64,000 nt of DNA from a virus. The stretch lies in IMG/VR virus record IMGVR_UViG_2716884767_000001, positions 103,510-167,509 of that record; one strand, 5' to 3'. The notes under the pieces were generated by a model, which saw nothing but the letters and a program-made list of their open reading frames with translations, was not told the origin of the DNA and did no database searches. Of the stretch, positions 56,795 to 64,000 are shown piece after piece. Within the stretch, counting starts at the first letter, position 1. The number at the start of each line of letters is the position of its first letter. The translations under genes were made by a program, and so were the position numbers.

Positions 56795-58882
56795 ATGAGT
56801 ATTAGCACAGTTGGAGATTCATTAGATACACCAATTATCAATTATACTCCAGATACAATTGATGAGTATGTGGTTGTTGTAAATTTACCAGAAGATTGGG
56901 AGATAGTTCATAATTATATTATTAATGAAAATGAAATTGATGGAATACCCAATCGAAAGGTAAACTGTTCAAACATTCAAGAATTTTCATTAAGAACTGC
57001 CATATATGAGATGAGTGTTGCAGAGTCAGAAATTCTCAAAACACATGATAGAGTTGAAAGTGTAGAATTAAATCCTGATAAGTATCCACAACCAGAATCT
57101 CAACATACTGCAAGATTTGGAAATGTTGTTGCTTTCCCAAAACCATTATTACCAGGTGGTATAGGTAACTTTACTCCTGGATATACAAATAATGTTCGTT
57201 CAAATTGGTCGATGTTATTTGTAAGTGATCCAGACAGTAAACCATATCAAGGAGTTGGTATTACTACAACAAACACTGTAGATCGTGATATAAATTACAC
57301 TGTTACTGGAAATAATGTAGATGCTGTAATAATTGATAATGGTATAGGAATTCTTCACCCAGAATTTATTAGTGGTAGTACATATAGAGTATTTGATGTG
57401 ATTCTTGATGGTCCTTACAAAGCAGATCCAGCAGCTTTTAGTGGATATACAACAACAGTAACTATAGATGGTGTCAATATTGGAACTCGTGCTCAAGAGG
57501 CAAGAGCAAGAGAATGGTGGTCAAATACATCTATAAGATCAGCTGCGTTTCAAAGTCTTGGAACAGTAACAATTAATTCGAATTACACAAGAATACATGC
57601 ACATAGTAAAAATGGATCAAATTCAATGAATGGATCACATGGCACATCTTGTGCATCGCAAATTGGTGGTAAGAATTTTGGACTTGCATTTCAATGTAAT
57701 CTCTGGAATGTTAGAATTTCATTTGATAGTGACCCTGCATTTTTAAATTCGGCCACTGCATTAAATGTTTGTGCAATATTTCACAATGCAAAAAAAGCAG
57801 CATCAAATGATCCTGATCCAACCATAATCAATAATAGTTATGGTGGAGGTGCTTCAACTGAAAATACAAATGGCACAACTTATTATCACTCTTTTAGGGG
57901 AAGTAATACAACGTATACGGGTAATGATAGTAACATAAATCCACCATCAAATTCAGGTGCCTGTCGCAATCATAAGTATTTTACTGCTAATAGAAATGAT
58001 GGTAATGGATCAGGTATCTATTATTTTCCTGGAACTGGTCAGTATCCGACTCGAAATTCTTCTACTAGTAGTGCTGCAGAAAATGCGATCGCTGCAGGAT
58101 GTATAATGGTTGCCTCGGCAGGAAATTCAAATCAAAAATTATCAGATAAACTCGATGCCGATTTTAATAACAAATATTATGGTACTGATAGCACATATTC
58201 GTCTGGTGATTTTATCAATCGTGTTGGAGGAGTTCAACAAGGATTTTCAGGTGATCATGATATAGGTAAGGGGACAATTCGAGTGGGTGCAATAGATTGT
58301 GCTGTTGAACCAGCAGATGAAAAGCAAGGTGCCACAAAATATTCCATAAGAAAAACAGCTTATTCTGCAAATGGTCCGATGGTTGATATATTTGCACCTG
58401 CAGACCAATCATTGGCTGCAGGATATGCGAATACTGAAGATTATCAAAGACAAGATAATTCAAATTTTTACGATACATTTTTTGGTGGTACAAGTTCTGC
58501 AAGTCCTAATGTTTGCTCTGTAATTGCAATTTATTTACAAAATAACAGAACAGCAACACAAAGTTCAATCAGAACATGGTTAACAGGCACGGCATGTAAA
58601 AATAATTTGATGTCTGATCCATACAGTGGAATAAACGACACAGGATATTGGTCTTTAGGATACAATGCAGCAACCGATGAAGCATCAACTCCAAATACAT
58701 CTTATAATTTTCGTGGTAACGGTAATTTGAGAGCGGCATCAAATCGTGTTCTGTTTAATCCTCTCATAGGAGATGGAGAGGCAGAAGAAGAGGAAGGTGA
58801 ATCTCCTACCGTTGACGGAGAATATTCTGTGAGATTTTTAGGTAATGGAATATCTTTTGGTGGTCAATTTGTTATTAAGTAA
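56795..58882 (+). CDS. Subtilisin-like serine protease (S8) with an N-terminal prodomain-like region
   Basis: Triad motifs IIDNG (Asp), GSHGTSCAS (His), GGTSSASPNV (Ser); oxyanion-hole SAGNS. Confidence 0.85.
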   Translation: MSISTVGDSLDTPIINYTPDTIDEYVVVVNLPEDWEIVHNYIINENEIDGIPNRKVNCSNIQEFSLRTAIYEMSVAESEILKTHDRVESVELNPDKYPQPESQHTARFGNVVAFPKPLLPGGIGNFTPGYTNNVRSNWSMLFVSDPDSKPYQGVGITTTNTVDRDINYTVTGNNVDAVIIDNGIGILHPEFISGSTYRVFDVILDGPYKADPAAFSGYTTTVTIDGVNIGTRAQEARAREWWSNTSIRSAAFQSLGTVTINSNYTRIHAHSKNGSNSMNGSHGTSCASQIGGKNFGLAFQCNLWNVRISFDSDPAFLNSATALNVCAIFHNAKKAASNDPDPTIINNSYGGGASTENTNGTTYYHSFRGSNTTYTGNDSNINPPSNSGACRNHKYFTANRNDGNGSGIYYFPGTGQYPTRNSSTSSAAENAIAAGCIMVASAGNSNQKLSDKLDADFNNKYYGTDSTYSSGDFINRVGGVQQGFSGDHDIGKGTIRVGAIDCAVEPADEKQGATKYSIRKTAYSANGPMVDIFAPADQSLAAGYANTEDYQRQDNSNFYDTFFGGTSSASPNVCSVIAIYLQNNRTATQSSIRTWLTGTACKNNLMSDPYSGINDTGYWSLGYNAATDEASTPNTSYNFRGNGNLRAASNRVLFNPLIGDGEAEEEEGESPTVDGEYSVRFLGNGISFGGQFVIK

Positions 58883-58909
58883 TAACAACATAAATAACTA
58901 AAAATATCA

Positions 58910-59011
58910 ATGGCAGATAAAAGTTTTAATGTAAATAAACTGAATATTATTAGTAATACAAACTTAACTGACGTTGAAGCAAGTATTGATAATTTGTGTA
59001 TGGGAGATTAA
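58910..59011 (+). pseudogene. 33-codon stub resembling the MADKSF... N-terminus of cyanophage virion proteins
   Basis: CATAAATA late core upstream; MADKSFNVNKLNII...; stops 3 nt before the next ATG. Confidence 0.4.
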
Positions 59012-59014
59012 AAT

Positions 59015-62000
59015 ATGTCAAATATATCTGTAACTGGTAATGAGGCACAATTTAATGAAAATGTAACTTTTCTAAAAGATGTTGATATTAGGGGATCTTT
59101 GTCTGTTCCTGAAATTAATTCATCCAGTTTTTCAGTTACAGGTGTTGCTACATTTACAAATCAAGTCACATTTAATCAAGGTTTATCATTTCCTGATTTA
59201 GAAGTTAGAGATTTTCTAAAAGTAGGTATAGGTGGAACAGTATTAAGTGCAAATTCACTTTTAAATCCTGGTAAAGTTGGTATCGGAACTACAAATCCAA
59301 CAGAATTACTTGATGTATTTGGAAAAGCAAAGATAAAAGATTTAGAGCTAGAAACTCTTTTAGTAACAGGTATATCAACATTAAGTGGCATCACAACTCA
59401 AAAAAGCACTTTGTTTACAAAACAATTAAGTTCTGCTGGAGTTTCTACCTTTTTTAATACCGTAAATGTTAAAACCGCTGGAGGTAGTGAAATTGAAGAT
59501 GCCAGTGGAACTCTTGATATAAGATCGAATAAAATTACTTTAACAAATCAATCTGACAACCAAAATTACGCAGTATTTACAAACAGTGCAGGTGTAGAAT
59601 TATTACATGCAAATTATAAAAAATTTGAAACAAGTAGTGATGGTGTTATATCTTCAGGTGATTTAATTGTAAATGATGTTGGTATTCGAACATCAGGAGT
59701 TGGACTTGGAACTGATGTTATTAAACCTATACCATTAACAGGAGAGTATAGTAACAGTACTCAAGGAGCTCTAAGACTCGTTATTGATGGTAGTGTTTCA
59801 ATTTCAAGAAACATTTATGATAGTGAGGGATCACCTGGAGCAGCTAACTTCTTTTTAAAGAGGACTGGAACTGGTATTCGATGGACACAAATTGCACCAG
59901 GACAGGGAGATGGAATTGAATTAGAGAATGAGGGTCAGTCAGTTCCTGCTGCTGGAGTTGCTCAAACTTTTACATCGGTTAATTTTGCACAAGAAAATAG
60001 TTTCGGTATTGGAGTTGATAATATAACTGCAACTGCTGCTGATACTTCTACTCCAGCAGGTTCTGGTTTAGCTACTGTATTTACTTCTGATTTTTGGGGA
60101 GTTGAAGAGGGACACGTAGGATTAGATACTGGCATCTACAGAATGACAAATGTTGGTATTGGAAGTTCTGTTCCAAGTGTTAAATTAGATGTAATTGGAA
60201 ATACAAAGTTACTAGGAACTTTAAGTGTTGATCAAACTGCCACATTCAATGGAAGTATAGATGCAAATGCTAATTTAGATGTAGATGGCACAACAGATCT
60301 TGACACTCTGAATGTTGATGATACTGCAACATTCGATGGAAATATAGTCGCAAATGCTGATTTAGATGTAGACGGTACAACAGATTTAGATGTTCTGAAT
60401 GTTTCTGAAACTGCTACATTCGACGGAAATATAGATGCAAATCAAGATTTAGATGTAAATGGAAGAACTGAATTAGATATTACCAATATTGATGAAACAC
60501 TTCGAGTAGGTGGAATATCAACGTTTGTAGGTGTATCTACATTTAACAATCAGATATTTACAAATAAAATATCAAATTCAGGTATAATAACCTCAAATAT
60601 GATTCACCTCACAGGTGGATCATTTACTGCTCCCGCTCCTGGTGGTGATACAAAAAATGATACTGCAATTGTTGTTGGTGAAGACTTCGGTATTTACTCA
60701 TTAGAATTACAGGCAGGTAATGATAATAAGTATTTAAGATCTATTATACAAAAAGACTCAAATGTAATAAGTATTGGTGAACCAGATACTAACTATATTG
60801 AAGCAATTGATTTAAAACCAGGTTTATCTGGTAGTGTTAGAATTCATCATGGCACTAGTGCAACTAATAATATTAAGATTCAAACCACTGGAGCTGGTGT
60901 CACAGTCTTTGGAAATCTTGAATCACAAACTTTAAATATTACAGGATTATCAACATTTGGTGGTGCGGTTGATATAAATGATAATTTAGATGTAAGCGGA
61001 AGAACTGAATTAGATATTACCAATATTAGTGAAACTCTCAACGTCACAGGTCTTTCAACATTTGGTAGTGCGGTTGATATAAATGCTAATTTAGATGTAG
61101 ATGGAATAACCGAATTAGATATTACCAATATTAGTGAAACTCTCAACGTCACAGGTCTTTCAACATTTAATGATAATGTTAGATTAATAGATGCTAAACA
61201 ATTAATATTTGGAACATCAGACGGACTAGAGATATATCATGATGGTGATTCATATATCAGAGCAGAAACTGGTGATTTATTCATTCAACAGACGAATTCT
61301 GACAAGGATATTAAAATACAAGGCATAAATGGAACAGAAGGTATCATAGTTGAGGGTGGTGGTTCATATAATGTTAAATTACATTCTTCAGGAATCCTTA
61401 AATTAGAAACAAATGATAGTGGTATTGATATAACTGGTCATACAGAAACAGATACCTTGAAAGTAAGTGGTCTTTCAACATTTAAGAGTGCTGTTGATAT
61501 AGATGCCGATTTAGATGTAGATGGAAAAACTGAATTAGATATCACTAATATTAGTGAAACCCTTAAAGTTGCAGGTATCTCAACATTCAGTAGCACGGTT
61601 GATTTTGATAGCACGATTAAAGATCGTAATGATGACGTTGGTACTACAGTTGCTGAAAATCTTTCAAATGACATAACAGATGCATCATATAATTCAACAA
61701 CTGGCATAATGGTCATAACCATTGCTAATCATGGTTTTCTGACTGGTGATTCTATACAGATACCCGATGGTACAATAACTTTTAGTTGTAATTATAAGGG
61801 AGTAACTCTTAATCAATCATATCCAAGATCAAAAGATCCAAATAGTGGTAAATGGTTGGTTATTACAAAAATTGATGATAATAGTTTCTCAGTCGATGTT
61901 GGTGATGGTGGACTTTCTGTTGGAGTCACACACAATTTTGAATCTGCAAGTGGTGGTGTTCTTCATTCTTCAGGACAATATGTTGAGTATGATTATCGTC

Positions 62001-63697
62001 TAGCATCAGTCGGAACTGGTGTTTCATGGAGACCATCTGGAGTTCAAACTAAAAGAACAATATGGGTTTCTAAAAGTGGATCTGATAATAATAGTGGATT
62101 ACTTGAAGGTGATGCAAAAGCAACTGTTGGTGCTGCAGCATCAATAGCAGTTGAGACTGATACAATTAAAATTAGACCTGGTGTTTATGAAGAGAATAAT
62201 CCAATCGGGTTAAGAACAGATGTTTCAGTTACAGGAGAGGATCTTCGTTTGGTTATAATTAAACCAAAAAATAAAAACAAAGATGTTTTTCATGTAAGAA
62301 GAGGATGTTTAATTGAGAATTTAAACTTTGGTGGATCAAATGTTGGAGTTGGTTATGATGGATCAGCATGTGTTGCGTTTCCTCCACCATCAGGTGCTGG
62401 ACATGGTGCAGTTAGTGGTTACAAAGATCCTGGTCCTGCAACTGAGGGTCCAAGTGGAAGATGGAGATCACCATATGTAAGAAACTGTACAAACTTCATG
62501 ACCAGTAGTATTGGAATGAAAATAGACGGAGATCATGCTACTGCATCTACGATAGGTGCTGATTTAAAATCCATGGTATGTGATTCTTTCACACAATATA
62601 ATGAGAATGGTATTGGTGTTTCATTAACAAATGATGCATATGCACAATTAGTTTCAATATTTACTATTAACTGTGATATTGGTATTTTTGCAGGATCTGG
62701 TGCACAGTGCGACCTGACAAACTCAAACTCTTCATTTGGTAATTTTGGTTTAGTTGCAGTTGGATTAGGATCAACTCAGTTCACAGGAATTGTAAGTAAT
62801 ACAAATACGGCAAATGAACTTATACTAAGTACTTCAGCTGATACTCAAGATACTGTTGTTTGTGCAAATGTTAAAGATGATTCTGATGGAAATAATACGA
62901 TGCCTTTTACTGGAGCAGTTCGAAGACCGTTTGATGGGCAAGCATTATATTTTAAGATAGATTTATCCAATTATCCAGATGTGCCTCCTGCAGATCAAGC
63001 AACTGGAAGAATTACAGCTCCACTTCGACAGTTGAGATCTATAAATTTAATTGAAGGTGCTGATGCAAGTGGATATAGTGCTTTTGATCCACCGAGTGTT
63101 TTAATAAGAGATGCTGATGGAGAACTTGAACCAAAAGGACCACAAGGAATTATCGCTGAGGCTACAGCAACAGTGAGTCCAACTGGTAATATAACTGCGA
63201 TTAGTGTGGTGGCACAGGGTAGAAATTATCTTCCGACTCAAAATATAGTTGTAGATATTGAAGGTGAAACTGGAATTGCCACTGCTGTTATGGAACCAAT
63301 ATATTTTACAGTTGAATCGGCAACTCAAACAGAAAATCCAAGTGGAATAACCACAATAACTTTTAATGAATTTGTTCCTTATGAGTTATTTCCAGACGAT
63401 CCATTTACACTTCAAAGAATTAGTCGAGTCTTAACAAGTTCTCATTCATTTGAATATGTTGGTACGGGTACAGATATAAATATAGCGACACCCCTACAAG
63501 GTGCAATTCCTATAAAAGAGAATGAAATTGTAGCAAAAGATGGAGCACAAATTCCATTTACATCAACCGATCAAAAAGGTAACTTTGATATTGGTTCAGG
63601 ATTACAAATAAATCAAACAACTTCAACAATTTCAGGAAGAGACTTTAGTAGATCATTGCAAGCAGAAGTTACACCATTAATACTAGCATTAAGATAA
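59015..63697 (+). CDS. Large fibre-like virion protein (1560 aa) with a C-terminal pectin-lyase-like beta-helix
   Basis: GKVGIGT and LDVDGTTDLD repeats; TIWVSKSGSDNNSG...IKIRPGVYEE typical of beta-helix N-caps. Confidence 0.7.
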   Translation: MSNISVTGNEAQFNENVTFLKDVDIRGSLSVPEINSSSFSVTGVATFTNQVTFNQGLSFPDLEVRDFLKVGIGGTVLSANSLLNPGKVGIGTTNPTELLDVFGKAKIKDLELETLLVTGISTLSGITTQKSTLFTKQLSSAGVSTFFNTVNVKTAGGSEIEDASGTLDIRSNKITLTNQSDNQNYAVFTNSAGVELLHANYKKFETSSDGVISSGDLIVNDVGIRTSGVGLGTDVIKPIPLTGEYSNSTQGALRLVIDGSVSISRNIYDSEGSPGAANFFLKRTGTGIRWTQIAPGQGDGIELENEGQSVPAAGVAQTFTSVNFAQENSFGIGVDNITATAADTSTPAGSGLATVFTSDFWGVEEGHVGLDTGIYRMTNVGIGSSVPSVKLDVIGNTKLLGTLSVDQTATFNGSIDANANLDVDGTTDLDTLNVDDTATFDGNIVANADLDVDGTTDLDVLNVSETATFDGNIDANQDLDVNGRTELDITNIDETLRVGGISTFVGVSTFNNQIFTNKISNSGIITSNMIHLTGGSFTAPAPGGDTKNDTAIVVGEDFGIYSLELQAGNDNKYLRSIIQKDSNVISIGEPDTNYIEAIDLKPGLSGSVRIHHGTSATNNIKIQTTGAGVTVFGNLESQTLNITGLSTFGGAVDINDNLDVSGRTELDITNISETLNVTGLSTFGSAVDINANLDVDGITELDITNISETLNVTGLSTFNDNVRLIDAKQLIFGTSDGLEIYHDGDSYIRAETGDLFIQQTNSDKDIKIQGINGTEGIIVEGGGSYNVKLHSSGILKLETNDSGIDITGHTETDTLKVSGLSTFKSAVDIDADLDVDGKTELDITNISETLKVAGISTFSSTVDFDSTIKDRNDDVGTTVAENLSNDITDASYNSTTGIMVITIANHGFLTGDSIQIPDGTITFSCNYKGVTLNQSYPRSKDPNSGKWLVITKIDDNSFSVDVGDGGLSVGVTHNFESASGGVLHSSGQYVEYDYRLASVGTGVSWRPSGVQTKRTIWVSKSGSDNNSGLLEGDAKATVGAAASIAVETDTIKIRPGVYEENNPIGLRTDVSVTGEDLRLVIIKPKNKNKDVFHVRRGCLIENLNFGGSNVGVGYDGSACVAFPPPSGAGHGAVSGYKDPGPATEGPSGRWRSPYVRNCTNFMTSSIGMKIDGDHATASTIGADLKSMVCDSFTQYNENGIGVSLTNDAYAQLVSIFTINCDIGIFAGSGAQCDLTNSNSSFGNFGLVAVGLGSTQFTGIVSNTNTANELILSTSADTQDTVVCANVKDDSDGNNTMPFTGAVRRPFDGQALYFKIDLSNYPDVPPADQATGRITAPLRQLRSINLIEGADASGYSAFDPPSVLIRDADGELEPKGPQGIIAEATATVSPTGNITAISVVAQGRNYLPTQNIVVDIEGETGIATAVMEPIYFTVESATQTENPSGITTITFNEFVPYELFPDDPFTLQRISRVLTSSHSFEYVGTGTDINIATPLQGAIPIKENEIVAKDGAQIPFTSTDQKGNFDIGSGLQINQTTSTISGRDFSRSLQAEVTPLILALR
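60242..60502 (+). repeat. Three tandem 87-nt (29-aa) units
   Basis: Units start at 60242, 60329, 60416 (TF.G.I.AN.DLDV.G.T.LD..N). Confidence 0.85.
60950..61588 (+). repeat. 105-nt (35-aa) repeats: two tandem copies plus one dispersed copy
   Basis: Units start at 60950, 61055 and 61475 (STF..AVDI..NLDV.G.TELDITNISETL.V.G.). Confidence 0.85.
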
Positions 63698-63698
63698 T

Positions 63699-64000
63699 AT
63701 GGCAATCGCACCACTAAATAAATTTTTGACAATTGCAGTTCCAGTTGCTCCAGGACAACAAGAATTGTATAAGGCTCCAGTTGGAACATCTGCGATTGTT
63801 TTGTTTGCACAGGTCGCAAATGTTGGGGTGAATACTTTTCCAACTGTAACATTTACACATCGAAGAACAAGTGTTGCTACAAGAACAGCAGGAAATGTCA
63901 GAAATAATAGAATTATAAAGGATGGTGAAATACCTCCAAATGACTCAATTATTTTAATTGATGGTAGACTCGTTCTTCAAAGAAATGCTGTTCTATCAGA
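63699..64000 (+). CDS. Virion structural protein, 3'-truncated by the window edge
   Basis: Hand-translated MAIAPLNKFLTIAVPVAPGQQELYKAPVGTSAIVLFAQVAN...; open to the window end. Confidence 0.75.
   Translation, partial: MAIAPLNKFLTIAVPVAPGQQELYKAPVGTSAIVLFAQVANVGVNTFPTVTFTHRRTSVATRTAGNVRNNRIIKDGEIPPNDSIILIDGRLVLQRNAVLS

Noticed and set aside
1-64000. tRNA, rRNA, integrase or IS elements
   Set aside because: None recognised by eye. A tRNAscan-SE run would be needed to exclude a divergent tRNA, but intergenic space is very limited.

Overview
This 64 kb window is from a large, AT-rich T4-like cyanomyovirus, most likely infecting Prochlorococcus (P-SSM2-like organisation; the D1 protein has the divinyl-chlorophyll-type residues). 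From left to right: (1) purN, an outer-membrane-protein-like gene behind a structured leader, and small hypothetical genes (1-3.4 kb). (2) A ~17 kb sugar-nucleotide/glycosyltransferase island (gmd, fcl, GT11, GT6, epimerase, two kinase/nucleotidyltransferase/HAD modules, GT4, radical SAM, methyltransferase, GT25). (3) Four hli genes, a chain of coupled micro-ORFs and psbA. (4) A late virion block: three LamG-scaffold proteins, an HNH endonuclease, a 3211-aa modular tail fibre and a Gly-rich protein. (5) Glutaredoxin, an NtcA-box/tandem glutamine-II riboswitch/DUF4278 locus, thyX, phoH, exonuclease, gp33, gp59 and gp32. (6) The baseplate/tail block (gp53, gp48, gp2-like, gp4, gp26/gp51, tape-measure-like, gp27-like, gp5), an intact subtilase and a 1560-aa fibre-like protein. 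The most notable observations are: a 67-codon ORF nested in the P2 loop of a glutamine-II-like aptamer with its AUG base-paired; a textbook -1 frameshift cassette joining gp26 to gp51; nucleotide-level conserved junction repeats between tail-fibre modules; and two dispersed non-coding repeats. All family assignments come from motif recognition by eye; no database search was run.
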